From the human T2T-CHM13v2.0 reference genome, Homo sapiens, in NCBI RefSeq assembly GCF_009914755.1, contig NC_060925.1: a DNA stretch of 64,000 nucleotides. One strand, given 5' to 3'. Shown here piece by piece: positions 41,179-54,688 of the stretch. Numbering within the stretch: position 1 is the stretch's first letter; every line of letters starts with the position of its first letter. Both the position numbers and the translations under genes were made by a program. The notes under the pieces were generated by a model. That model was not told where the DNA came from. It saw only the letters and a program-made list of their open reading frames with translations, and ran no database searches.

Positions 41179-42879
41179 GCTCAGGAATCTTCCCTGACTC
41201 TCCTGTGGTCAGCTCAGGTCAAGGTTCTGGGGGAAGGGGGAGTCCCTGAGTGGAGACACCTCAGCCTGTGCTGAAGGGAGCTACCGAGGGGGCAGCCGGT
41301 GGCCCTGGGGGGCCTCTCTGAGCAGGTGACCAAGAGCGTATGGTGCCGGCCAGCAGGAGCGAGGGCTGCGGACAGGATGGAGGCAGCCAGGCGCCAGCCA
41401 GGAGGGCTTCCTGGTCCAGCCACACCTGCCCCGGTGACAGCCACAGGTTGGTGGCAAAGGGGCCACCTCCCTTCCAGTGGCAGGGCCTGGCCTGCCTGGA
41501 GACCCCACCCACTGCCCGAGAGGTGCCAGGCCTCCCCCATTCTGCCTGGCCCTGGGGGCTGCACCCACCTGGACACGCGGGCCGGGCACACCCACGGCCC
41601 AAGGTCCTGCTCCCACCTGCCCTGCGCAGGAACCTTGCTGGGGCTACAGGTATCCGTGGCTGCCACACCACCCAGATTTTGGGATTAAGGGGCAGAGTTT
41701 TCAAGTTTGAACTCAGGAAAGCTGTGAGGGACGAGGTAGTGCCTGGCTGGGGAGCCTGGGGGCTTCTGAGGGCGGTGGGGAGTCCTCAGGCCTGTGTGGG
41801 GCCCCAGGGAGGGGAGGCTGCAGGGGTTGGGGGACCTGCCCGCTGCACCCCCTCTCCCCCCACACAAGGAAACCCGTCCTCCGAGGTGTGTGTCCAGATC
41901 ACATCCTCCAAAGGCCGGTGCGCCACAAAGATGAACACGGGGCTCTCCCTCCCAGCCCAGGGGCAAGGACCCTGCCTTGCTCTGTTCCCGGAAGGGCCAG
42001 TTCTGGAGAGGAGCTGGGCGAGTCCTTCCCATCCCCATCAGCTCCTGTCAGGCCACCTGCCTCAGCCTCAGGGAGGAGGGGACACACGTAGGCCCCTTCC
42101 CAGAGTCAGAGCTTCCGAACCCGGATCTGCTGCTCCCAGCCTGGAGAGCCACAGCAGCCACCGAAGGAACCCCCCACCCGTCACCCCCACCAAGTGGGCC
42201 CTGCTCCCCGAAGGCCCAGCCACTCAGCCCAGGACCTGCCCCAGCCCCACCTGCCACCTGACCTGAGGCTCCCAGAGGGCAGAGGGGCCTCCTGGGTCTG
42301 CTCCGCACCAGGGTCCAGCGGGACCATCTCAAAGCTTGAGCACCAGGCGCAAGGTGGGAGTGCGGGGAGGGGACGAGGACACTGTTCCCAGCTGGACAGA
42401 ACCAGGAGGACGGTGGGAGACGCCCCCCACCGCCCCGCTTCCGAGAGCTCTCTCTTCCTTCCAGGGACTCCCCAGGGACAGCCGGGGCCCCTTCTTCCCC
42501 CACAGCTCAGGCCCCAGGGACACAGAGCGGGGAACCCCCAGGCTGCCGCCCCGGCGTGGGTCGGGGAGGCGGCTCCGGAGCGGGCACCACACTCTCGAAA
42601 GGGTGGCTTCTCCTCCCGGCTGCTGAAAAACCACACAGGCAGGCACAACAACAGACGCTTACGCCCGCATCTGGAGGCCAGAACTCCAAAGCCACAGGGC
42701 AGGCAGGGCTGCACCCCTCTGGGGGCTCCAGGAGAGGACCCTGTCTGCCTCCCCAGCCCCTGCCAGCTCAGGCATCAGTGGCTGTGGCCGTGTCACCCAT
42801 CTCTGCCCCCCAGTCCCACGGCGTCTCCCCCACGTCTGCGTCTCCTCTCTCCACCTCCCTCTCAGGGGGGCAGAGGCCA

Positions 42880-43010
42880 TTGATTCAGGGCCTGCCCTGG
42901 GTGATGTCACTAGAGATCCTGACGTAACCCCACCTGCAAAGCCCCTTCTTCTAAATAAGGTCACATTCGAGGTTTCAGGGCTATGATGTGGTTGTCTTTT
43001 GGGGGCACCA
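42880..43010. mobile_element. MLT1-type LTR remnant
   Basis: CTGCAAAGCCCCTTCTTCTAAATAAGGTCACATTCGAGGTT. Confidence 0.55.
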
Positions 43011-43211
43011 CCAGCCCCCTGCAAGGGGACCCTAAGCACAGAGGCCCTCGTGACCCACGCAAAGCTCTGAAGGACACGGATGGGTAGGGGACACGTGGCT
43101 GGAGGCTCAGAGTTTGAGGCAGAGGGGATCAGACCGTGCCATGGGTCATGCCAGGAGCCCAGGACTCCCAGACCTCGTATCATTAGGTGTTTTAAAGAGA
43201 AGGCGAGGGCA

Positions 43212-43740
<529 letters not shown>

Positions 43741-44448
43741 CTACGGGCTGGGGTGCCTATAGGTATGGGTGGGAGCGGCCCGGGCCACACGGCTTCAGGA
43801 TGAGGCCGTTTGTTTGGCCCTTGTTCCCGCAGAAGGTAATCGTGATGTTCCTCGGTGTTTTTCCCCGCAGAGTGTTCAAGTCAGGTGTCGGGCAGGCTGT
43901 TCCTCACGGCCCAAACCCCTGCGGAATGCTTCACTTTGGCCGAGGTCTGTGACACAGCGAGGGGCTTACAGAAAGGTGCAGTTTGGACCGATAGATGTGA
44001 GTCCCCCTCTGGGGGGCACTCACTTTGTGGAGCCCCCGGTTCCTGTTTGCAGAGGGGGGCACAGTGGCACCTCGTCCGCTGTGGAGTGAGAACAGGGACC
44101 CGACCACGTGAAGCACAGAGAATGCTCAGGGATCGGCAGCCGTGTATCCAGCCAACATCACCAGGGTGCACGCAGAGCCTGGCCCGGGCCAGGTCCTGGG
44201 GTGCTGAGCATGGGTGGGGCCTGAGAGACGGCTCAGGGACCATCCTGGGAGGGCCGGGCGGAGGGGCAGCAACTGGGGCTCAGGCTCAGGCAGTCCCAGC
44301 AGTGACTGGGAGGCAGCTGTGCCCATGAAGCTGTGCCCTTCTCCAGCCTCAGCCCTCAGCCCGGCTTCCCGGGCTGGCCCCGCCACTCAGCAGCCCCTCC
44401 CCATCCTCCGAAAACCCAAGCTCACCTCTGGGTTCCGGCTGGGTGGGG

Positions 44449-44475
44449 GTTGCCAGGAGACGGTTGCCAGGTCAC
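44449..44475 (+). promoter_or_regulatory. Tandem X-box-like (RFX) sites at the TTLL10 promoter
   Basis: GTTGCCAGGAGAC 44449-44461 and GTTGCCAGGTCAC 44463-44475. Confidence 0.6.
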
Positions 44476-44480
44476 CACTG

Positions 44481-44523
44481 TTGTTTCCTGGCCCAGGCTC
44501 CCAGGACCTTGTGGGCTGGGCAG
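44481..44523 (+). other. TTLL10: TTLL10 non-coding exon 1 (start approximate)
   Basis: Strong donor CAG|GTAAGA; agrees with recalled annotation. Confidence 0.7.
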
Positions 44524-44881
44524 GTAAGAAGCGCCGGCGGCCACCAGCTGGGGTCCAGTGGGCTCGGCCCCGCCCTCCTACGCCCTGCCTGCGGGTCCCC
44601 TCGGGAGGCTGCTCAGGAGAGGAGGAGGCTGGGGAGGGGACTGGACAGGGATCGGGTAGGGTGGGGCCAGGCTGAGCCTGCTCTGCGGGTCCCGGACCCC
44701 AGCGCCACCGTGCGAGAGGCTCGGGTCCAGGCCAGGCCGGGGAACGGTGTGTGTACCCGGTGGGGTGGGAGGGCTGGGCAGCCCTGGGACGAGCTCCGTG
44801 GCCTGGGACCAGGTCTGCCTCCGCAGAGCAAGTCCTGGACGGACGGCTGCTTGAGCCCACAGGTCGTGCGTCCTTTGACAG

Positions 44882-44918
44882 CGGCCTCCGGCCGGGAGGC
44901 ACCAGCTCTTCGAACAAT
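44882..44918 (+). other. TTLL10: TTLL10 5'UTR exon 2
   Basis: TCCTTTGACAG| acceptor and AAT|GTCAGT donor; agrees with recalled annotation. Confidence 0.6.
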
Positions 44919-45020
44919 GTCAGTACCTTCCTAGGGCCCCACGTGGCCAAGCTTGGATTCTGGGGGGAGAACTCGCAGCAGGACACTAACATGTGGTCGC
45001 TTTTTGGATGATTTCTTCAG

Positions 45021-45086
45021 GTTTAAAAGTCTCTTCTGTTCATCCTACCGGGGTGCCGTCTCCTGCCGGTCTTTTCATCTCACCAG
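45021..45086 (+). other. TTLL10: TTLL10 5'UTR exon 3
   Basis: TTTCTTCAG| acceptor and CAG|GTAAAA donor. Confidence 0.65.
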
Positions 45087-45433
45087 GTAAAACGCTTATT
45101 TTACAATTTATTGTAAGGTCGTGCACCAAGTTTCCACGCCGCCTTTACACCGTGTCCCCACCGAGGGGCGTCACAACCGTCCTCCACACCGGGCGTCACC
45201 GGCTTCCCAAGTCCCACCGCTATAAAGGACACGTCAGTCAGCATCTCGGAGTGAGACGCTTTCCTTCTGGATTCAGAATCGCGTCCGTCAGAGACTCCAA
45301 AGCACATTTGCTAGATCGACAGGCGTGAGGAGCCAGCGGCTCCCGGCGCTTGGGAGGCTGCGTCCCACCTGCATTCAGGCCCCGGGTTCACCACACACAC
45401 AGCGGGCAGCTGCTTAAGAAACCTTTGATTTCA

Positions 45434-45774
<341 letters not shown>

Positions 45775-46311
45775 TTAGTTATTTGTGAACATCATAAGGA
45801 CATAAAGTTAGAAAAGCCCAAAGGAGGCCTCAGGCTTACGATGAAATCAGCACCTGGCTGCCTCTTCCAGCTGCTGCTTCTTCTGCAGCAGAAGAGACGG
45901 AGGCAGTTTCCTGGGTGGGGGGGTGGGTGCTGTGCTTCCGCTTTCTAACTGCCTGTTTCCAAAAAGCACCTGATGCTGCTGCTTCTGGAGCTTCCAGTGC
46001 AGAAATTCCCCGTGGACGGTGAAAGGGGCTTGTCTTCCACACGCTGCCCTGTCCATATCATCCCGGCACGAATGATGTTTGGGGCAGAGCTGCCCGGCCT
46101 CCCCGGGTGGTGCCCATTTGTTTTCCTCAGAGTTGGCGATCGCCTTGCTTTTCACATGTGCTTGTGTTCCCGCCTATCCTGAGCTGTCCCTGAGCTCTCT
46201 GCCTCCCGTCACCCCCACAGTCACCATCACCACAGCCCTGCAGACTGCGCAGTGTGTGGCGGGTGCTGTCCTGACATTACATGTGGAAACTCCATCTTTG
46301 CAGCAACCCTG

Positions 46312-46997
46312 CGAGGCTGCTGCTCCCAGCTGCTGTGCAGGTGGAGAGAGGCTGCTGTTGTGCAGGTGGAGAGGCTGCTGCTCCCAGCCGCTGTGCAGGT
46401 GGAGAGAGGCTGCCACCGTGCAGGTGGAGAGAGGCTGCCGCTGTGCCGGTGGAGAGGCTGCTGCCGTGCAGGTGGAGAGAGGCTGCCGCTGTGCCGGTGG
46501 AGAGGCTGCTGCTCCCAGCCGCTGTGCAGGTGGAGAGAGGCTGACGCTGTGCAGGTGGAAAGAGGCTGACGCTGTGCAGGTGGAGAGGCTGCTGCTCCCA
46601 GCCACTGTGCAGGTGGAGAGAGGCTGACGCTGTGCAGGTGGAGAGGCTGACGCTGTGCAGGTGGAGAGAGGCTGCCGCTGTGCAGGTGGAGAGACTGCTG
46701 CTCCCAGCCGCTGTGCAGGTGGAGAGAGGCTGACGCTGTGCAGGTGGAGAGAGGCTGACGCTGTGCAGGTGGAGAGAGGCTGCCGCTGTGCCGGTGGAGA
46801 GGCTGCTGCTCCCAGCCGCTGTGCAGGTGGAGAGAGGCTGACGCTGTGCAGGTGGAGAGAGGCTGACGCTGTGCAGGTGGAGAGGCTGCTGCTCCCAGCC
46901 GCTGTGCAGGTGGAGAGAGGCTGACACTGTGCAGGTGGAGAGAGGCTGACGCTGTGCAGCTGGAGAGAGGCTGACGCTGTACAGCTGGAGAGGCTGG
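46312..46997. repeat. Composite 23/25/33-bp minisatellite with GCAGGTG core
   Basis: Units GCTGTGCAGGTGGAGAGAGGCTGAC and GCTGTGCAGGTGGAGAGGCTGCTGCTCCCAGCC. Confidence 0.97.
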
Positions 46998-47582
46998 GGC
47001 ACACAGTCATCAGGTCAGCTGCAAGCTCACAGCTGCTGCATCTTTTCCCTGACAGCTCACTCCTGTGAGAGTCTTCCAGGCTTCCCGGAGGGACGGATGT
47101 CTCCTCACCTTTTCCCACCTCCACACCTTTTCCCACCTCCACACCTGGTAGGCCAGGTATGGAATTCCTGGAATTCCCGGCTGGGAGCCTCCTGGGCCGG
47201 TTCCAGCCCTGTGTGTCCCCAGGAAGGCTGGAGGGCTGCTAGTGGCCTCGGTGGGCACCCAGGGCTGGCCAGGACCACACCTCCTTCCTCCGGCTCTGTG
47301 CCTGTATCTCCCCGGGCCTCCCCTCTCGCCTGGGGCTCCACGGTGACCCTGCTGTGCGGCACCTCGGATTTACACCCACAGTCCCATCCCCAGGGTTCCC
47401 TTCTGGGCAGTTTCCTTGACTTAAATCCCAACCCCGGTGTTGCATTTTTAATTCCCACCGGCTCTTTTGTATTCTCTGTGCCTTTGCTTTAAAAGCACGC
47501 GGCTCTCTGAGGGGTCCTGTCTCCATCACCCCAGCCTTTTCCAGGCTGGTTTGTTTCCCTGTTTCTCCCCTTTTCTCTTCCT

Positions 47583-48207
<625 letters not shown>

Positions 48208-48870
48208 GTCCTTGTGTCACTCTTCTTCACACTTGGGAGTCCCTCTGATGATGCCTGTTGGGCCTGGGCAGCCCCTTTGGCTGAGAGTCAGTACTTTAGA
48301 GGATCCCCTTCCCCAGCAGGAATCCTGGGTGCTGAGGGCCCATGAGAAGGAGCTGAGGTCTCCCATTTAATGCAGAGTCTTGCACGCACACACCTGCTCC
48401 GTGCCTGCGCAGGGTCCAGCCTCTTCCAAAAGTCCTCCTGTTCTGGGTGGGGAGGGGTCTCAGGGCTCCTGACTTCTTCCATTCTTGCCCAGCCCACCCT
48501 AGGAAGAGGGCGTGAGGCTCTCCCAGACACAGGTGGGGGGCCCAGCCTGTGTTCCGCTCCTCCCTGAGGACGGGTCCCAGTGGCCCCACCCGACTGGGTC
48601 ATCGTGCAGACGGCTGCCTCAGTTTCCCCACCTTCCCCTGCCCGTGGGCTTCCTCGTTGTCTCCTTCCCTCCTGTCACTCAGGCGGGGCAGGGAGGGGCA
48701 GACACAAAGGCTTCCTGCGGGTGAGATTGGTGCCGAGCTCTGTGCCCAGCCTGGAGCCTCAGGCCTACCCCAGCCTTCTCCAGCCTCAGAGCCCCCACAG
48801 CCTCTGCCCAACACTGCCGTGTGCTCCCCTGTCTCCTGGGCGAGTTCCTTCAAACCCTTGAAAGCCCTCA

Positions 48871-49259
<389 letters not shown>

Positions 49260-49812
49260 CTAAGTTGCAACATGGGAAGGTGTTGCTGGAGACAGTGTCC
49301 TGGGGGTCGGGCCTGGCACCCAGGGGCGGCCGCAGAGGAACCCTGATGGCAGGTACCAGGCGGCTGCACACAGCCCACAGCTGGGCTCCGGGGTCAGCAG
49401 CGGAGACAGAGAAGACCCCTGCTCAGGCCAAGGAGCCCTCCCACCCTCCATTCTTCAGGCAGGCGCCCCACCCAGCAGGCCTGACGCTGCCCCTCCTTCC
49501 AGCCGGCACCCAGGCCGAGCTCAGCCACACCTGAAGAGCCGCTCCGGCCAGGGAGGACATGCCCGGCAGAGACAGGGTGCAGAGACAGCCTCGCCCCCAC
49601 ACGGCGCCAGGCCCCACAGCTGCCACAGAGACGGGAGCCAGCCGCACGCAGAGGCTCAAGCCCACGGCCCTGGGAGGCGCCCTTTCCTGGGCAGGGTGGG
49701 CCTGACTGCCTGCTCCATCCAAGCACTGGGGCCTCGGGCCGCGCGGAGGTCCCACAGGAGGGTCAGAGCGGCATCTTCCCTTCAGGGCCCTCGCCCGGGC
49801 ACCCCCCGGCCA

Positions 49813-49930
49813 ATGGACCACAGCTGCACCCGGTTCATCCACCGCCGGGGACCACCCACTCGGACCCGAGCCGGCTTCAAGAGGGGCAAGAGGCCAAGGA
49901 TCCAGCAGAGGCCTCGGGCTCGAGTCTCAG
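49813..49930 (+). CDS. TTLL10: TTLL10 coding exon 1 (exon starts 49786); MDHSCTRF...RARVS
   Basis: TTCCCTTCAG| acceptor, ATG 49813, CAG|GTGAAT donor. Confidence 0.9.
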
Positions 49931-50253
49931 GTGAATAGAGCAGCCCTGGGTGGCCTCCTACCTCTCCAAGGCCAAGGCCTCCCTGGGACGGGTGCCCCAT
50001 ACCCAAGGAAGTCAGTCGGCCTCATGGGGCAGGGGCAGGATCCACACATGGCCATGCCCCGCTGCTCCGAGAGAGGGGCCAGCTGTGGGCGCCGGGCTCT
50101 GCAGGCACAGAGGGGAGCTGTCGCGCTCCGCGGCCCAGGGTTCCGCCTGGCTGGCACCACCCCTGGAAGGGCAGCCCCTCGTCTCCCGGCCTGACAATGG
50201 CCCCTTGGGTCACCCATGACATCATCATGGACATTGTGACCCCTGCCCTCCAG

Positions 50254-50334
50254 GGACCATCCCTGCGTCACGTCTGCACCCAGCACCGGCCTCACAGCCC
50301 GGCCCCTGCCCTGCACCAGGCCACTGCCCTGTTG
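50254..50334 (+). CDS. TTLL10: TTLL10 coding exon 2; GTIPASRL...HCPV
   Basis: AG/GT, phase 1-1. Confidence 0.85.
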
Positions 50335-50630
50335 GTGAGGAGGGTCGGAGGGGCGACCTCCCTGCCCCCTGCTCCAAGCTCCCCACCCCCACCTGGAACC
50401 TGCCGGCAGGAAGCCTGGCCCTGGAGGGTGGTCACGGCCCCTCCCCAGATGTAAGCAGTCCCCAGGCCGCCTGGTGGGGCCAGAGCTCGGGCTGAACTTG
50501 AGCCCCAGACGGGCCAGGGGGATTGTCCAGGGTATTGGAGAAATGGGCTGGGAGCAAACTGGCTGAGCCATGTCCGGGCTGAGTGGGCAGCTCCCGTAGC
50601 CACCCCGGTGGGACCCCACCCCGTTCACAG

Positions 50631-50937
50631 GCCCGGCCCACGAGAGGCCAATGGGGAGCAGCCAGGAGGAGGGACTCCGGTGTCAGCCAAGCCAGCCAGA
50701 CCACGACGCAGATGGACACTGTGGGCCGGACCTGGAGGGGGCAGAAAGAGCCTCTGCCACACCCAGACCCCCTGGGCTCCTGAACAGCCACCGGCCTGCA
50801 GACTCGGATGACACTAACGCCGCCGGGCCCTCAGCTGCCCTCCTGGAGGGGCTCCTGCTGGGGGGTGGGAAGCCATCGCCCCACAGCACCCGGCCGGGGC
50901 CCTTCTTCTACATTGGAGGCAGCAACGGGGCCACAAT
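50631..50937 (+). CDS. TTLL10: TTLL10 coding exon 3; GPAHERPMGSSQ...GPFFYIGGSNGAT
   Basis: AG/GTGAGT; contains alternative start M74 at 50651. Confidence 0.93.
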
Positions 50938-51079
50938 GTGAGTAGCGGCCCTGGGCGCCCGTGGTCCCACTGAATACCCACCGCCTGCTCCCGGGGCCCA
51001 GCCCGGCCTCCGCTGGCCGCCCGCCATCCCCAACCCCTTGCCTCGGCCCCCAGGTCACCCCCGCCCCCACCCCTCGCAG

Positions 51080-51198
51080 CATCAGCTCCTACTGCAAAAG
51101 CAAGGGCTGGCAGCGCATCCATGACAGCCGCCGGGACGACTACACGCTGAAGTGGTGTGAGGTCAAGAGCCGAGACAGCTACGGCAGCTTCCGGGAAG
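51080..51198 (+). CDS. TTLL10: TTLL10 coding exon 4; ISSYCKSKGWQR...LKWCE...SFRE
   Basis: AG/GT, phase 2-1. Confidence 0.95.
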
Positions 51199-51327
51199 GT
51201 AGCGGGAGCCGGCACCAGAGGCGGGCAGCCTGCAGGGGCCTCCTGGGCCGGAGCACAGGGCAGGTTGGAGGGGTGGGGACCGAGGTCCTGCGCTCCCTCC
51301 ACACGAGCCCTGGCCTCTGACCTCCAG

Positions 51328-51457
51328 GAGAGCAGCTGCTGTACCAGCTTCCCAACAACAAGCTCCTCACCACCAAGATCGGGCTGCTCAGCACCCTTCG
51401 GGGACGGGCACGGGCCATGAGCAAGGCCAGCAAGGTGCCGGGGGGGGTCCAGGCCAG
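51328..51457 (+). CDS. TTLL10: TTLL10 coding exon 5; EQLLYQLPNNKLLTTKIGL...
   Basis: AG/GTGAGT; TTL-family N-terminal motif. Confidence 0.95.
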
Positions 51458-51464
51458 GTGAGTC

Positions 51465-51665
51465 TGCCCCTGCCCCTGCCCCCGTCCCTGCGCCCGCCCC
51501 TACGCCTGCCCCTGCCCCTGCCCCTGCACCCGCCCCACCCCTGCCCCTGCGCCCGCCCCTGCCCTTGCCCCTGCCCCTGGCCACCCAGGCTCCCAGGCTG
51601 GCTCCAGCCCCTGCCCCTGCCCTTGCCCCTGCCCCTGGCCACCTGGGCTCCCAGGCTGGCCCCAG
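51465..51665. repeat. (CCCCTG)n tract with internal duplication
   Basis: Starts 8 nt after the exon donor. Confidence 0.9.
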
Positions 51666-52337
51666 CCCCCACCCGTCAGCACCTGCCTCCACCTTCCACC
51701 TGTCCTTTAAAGGGCCAAACCCCTGTCCCATAAACCCACCCTCTTCCTCGTGGCTGAACGGGGAAGATCCCACACGTCCCCAACCCACTGGGCCTGACAC
51801 CCACCCACCTGTCCATCTCACAGACCCACCCAGGTACAACCCACCTGTCAATCTGCCTTCACCCCAAACATCCATCCAATCCATCCACAATCCCACACCG
51901 TGCCCACCGTCACCTGTGGGTGCCCTGAGTGAGGCCGTCCATCGCTCACCCAAGTCTGGGCCATCCATCCTAGCGACTTCGTCCTCCTGCTCCCAGCCCT
52001 GCCCACTGCCCTTCTATGGACCCACCTATCCCTCCTCACTTCATTTGGCCCAGACATTTTTGCACCAAGCACCCGCCCAGCCAACCGCAGCTGCCTCCAT
52101 CTGCACCCCCCGCCCCTGGTTGCCTGTGACACCAGCTTTACACCATGTCCAGCGTCCACTTCCAGCCTAGAGCAACACAGCTGTTTCCCCCAGGCACCGC
52201 CGTCCACCCAGCCACCTCCTTCCACCACAACTCACAGTCCGCCCACTCACCACCCATGCCCCATCCCCCAGTCCCCACCCGCTCCAAGCACCATGAGCTG
52301 GCCCCTCAGTCCAGGCCCTCTGTCCCCTGGGCTGCAG

Positions 52338-52412
52338 GCTGGAAAAGGACGCAGCAGCGCCCGCCCTGGAGGACCTCCCGTGGACAAGCCCAGGATACCT
52401 CAGGCCACAGAG
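52338..52412 (+). CDS. TTLL10: TTLL10 coding exon 6; LEKDAAAPALEDLPWTSPGYLRPQ
   Basis: AG/GT, phase 2-2. Confidence 0.85.
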
Positions 52413-52957
52413 GTAGACTCAGCCCAGCTGTGAGGGGCCCTTCAGACCGAAGTTCAGACCTAAACCTGGTGTCGTCTGAAAAGGAGAAAGCGGGGCGGGG
52501 GTCCCACACAAAGGAAAACCACGAGCTAGAGTCAGAGGTTCAGCCAGGCCAGGCCGAGATCCACGCTGACCCCCCAGTGCACACAGAGCTGGGGCAGGGC
52601 CAGGGGCTCAGGCCACGCTCTCCGCCCATCCCAGCCGTGAGGACACTGCCATGAGGTGGTGGCTCACAAATGGCTGAGACGGTGCCAGCCGGGAGAGCAA
52701 CCATGAGGGAAAAAGCAGCCAGCGGGAGGGGCCCGGGTGGGGGTCAGCGGCCAGAAGGATGCAGCCAGCAGCACAGCCCGTTGGGGGGGTGCTGCAAAGG
52801 GGCAGGAAACGCAAAGTCCCCACAAGGAGAACGGCCGCGGGCGCCAGGTGCCACTGCCCACACTCCCTCCCGCCGGGCCACAGGCTGGGCCTCAAACCGC
52901 CCACCCAGCCAGGGGCGAAGGGACAGCAGCTCATCCTCCTGCCTCCCTGCCCTGCAG

Positions 52958-53043
52958 GGTCCTGAGAATGGAAGAGTTTTTCCCAGAGACCTACCGCCTG
53001 GACCTCAAACACGAGAGAGAGGCCTTTTTCACCTTGTTTGATG
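52958..53043 (+). CDS. TTLL10: TTLL10 coding exon 7; VLRMEEFFPETYRLD...FTLFD
   Basis: AG/GT; FFPETY TTL motif. Confidence 0.95.
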
Positions 53044-53472
53044 GTGAGACGCTGCTGGCCGGACACCAGGCTGGCCCTGGGGAGACAGGGTGAGGGCTGG
53101 ACCAAGGCGGGGGCTGATGAGGGCAGGGCTGGGTCTGGAGGGGCTGCGTGGGGCTGGGACGAGACGAGGTGGTCAGGAAGGGGCCAGGGCTGGGCCTGGT
53201 CTGGGTGGGGACTGAGGAGTTGGAAAGGGGAGGGTCTGGCCTTCGTGGAGGTTGGGGTATGAGGGCACTGGGGCCAGGGCTGGAGCTTGGTCCGGGTGAG
53301 CGTGGTCGAGGCACGGGCAGGAGCTGGGGCCAGGCGTGTGGTTAGCGCAGGGCCAAGGTTGGAATGGCCGGGCCGAGGGTCGCAGCCTGGAGGGGAGGGT
53401 CCTGGTCGGGCCCTAGGAGGGGCGTGGCTGGGTTGGGGGCGAGGCCAGGGGCTCAGGCCGCGCTCTCTGCAG

Positions 53473-53644
53473 AAACCCAGATATGGATCTGCAAGCCCAC
53501 AGCCTCCAACCAGGGCAAAGGCATCTTCCTGCTCCGGAACCAGGAGGAAGTTGCCGCCCTGCAGGCCAAGACCCGGAGCATGGAGGACGACCCCATCCAC
53601 CACAAGACGCCGTTCCGGGGGCCTCAGGCGCGGGTGGTGCAGAG
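53473..53644 (+). CDS. TTLL10: TTLL10 coding exon 8; TQIWICKPTASNQGKGIFL...VVQ
   Basis: AG/GT; ATP-grasp WIxKP..GxGI motif. Confidence 0.97.
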
Positions 53645-54516
53645 GTGCGGCGGCGGGTGCCCGGAGGGGTGAGGGTCTGGGCTGGCTGACCCGGGCCCCA
53701 CTGGTGCAGTCAGCAGGGCCGCCGAGGAGCCCTTGGTCGTGGAAAGCAGCCGCACCACCAGCCCCTGTGCAGACCACAGCCGGGCCCCCGTGTAGCCAGC
53801 AGAGGGGAGGGGTCACACCAGGCCGGGGTCACAGACACAGGATCCAGGGTTGAGGGGTTAGTCAGTTTGTCCTTCAGCTGGGGCCCCCTCTGTCCTGCAG
53901 GTGGCCTGGCCTGGGTGGCCTCCCGGCTGCCAGCCCCCCTACTCCCCGGCCCAGCCAGCCAGCTGCAGCCTTCAGGCCTATGGCCAAGCTGACCACTCCT
54001 TCCCTGAGTGGGAAGGCTTCCTCCAGAAAGCCCCGTGGCTGCACGAGGCTGAAGGTTTAGACCTGTCGACCTCACCCCCGGCCCTCGTAGAGCCTCACTC
54101 TGACCACAGCTGCCGTCTGCCGTCCCCAGCTTCCATCGGCTCCTCCCTCGCGTCCCTCCACCTGGCGAGCTCTCCGCCTGGCGCACCCCCTCTGCCTGCT
54201 GTGCTCCCTCTGCCTAGCGCCCGCCTGGCGCGCTCCTTCCCTTCCTCTCCAAAGCCACCTTCATGCCCTCCTCCTCCAGGCAGCCCTCCAGGCTCCTACT
54301 GCGGTTATGCCCTGGAGCACCCATCAGGGTGCCAGGCCTTTCCTCCCAATTCCCCTGACATATTCAGGCCCAGAAATGCCCCCTTTCCCTGGAGGTCACA
54401 CCTGGGACAGAGGCGGGGCGCTGAGGAAATGGAACAGGCCCGGGGTGGGGTGTGAGGGGATGCAGGCCAGGCTGGCCCCGTGGCTCAGCCCAGCAGCCCC
54501 GACATGGTGCCCCCAG

Positions 54517-54688
54517 GTACATCCAGAACCCGCTGCTGGTGGACGGGAGAAAGTTTGACGTGCGCTCCTACCTGCTCATTGCCTGCACCACACCCTACAT
54601 GATCTTCTTTGGCCACGGCTATGCTCGCCTCACCCTTAGCCTTTACGACCCCCATTCCAGCGACCTCGGCGGCCACTTGACCAACCAG
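54517..54688 (+). CDS. TTLL10: TTLL10 coding exon 9; YIQNPLLVDGRKFDVRSY...HLTNQ
   Basis: AG/GTGAGT; core TTL-domain motifs. Confidence 0.97.

Noticed and set aside
46174-47142. 322-aa minus-strand ORF
   Set aside because: Translation of the E-box VNTR
50765-50767. AGA (Arg112) where I recall Gly in the reference TTLL10 protein
   Set aside because: Memory too uncertain to call a variant; needs alignment to the reference
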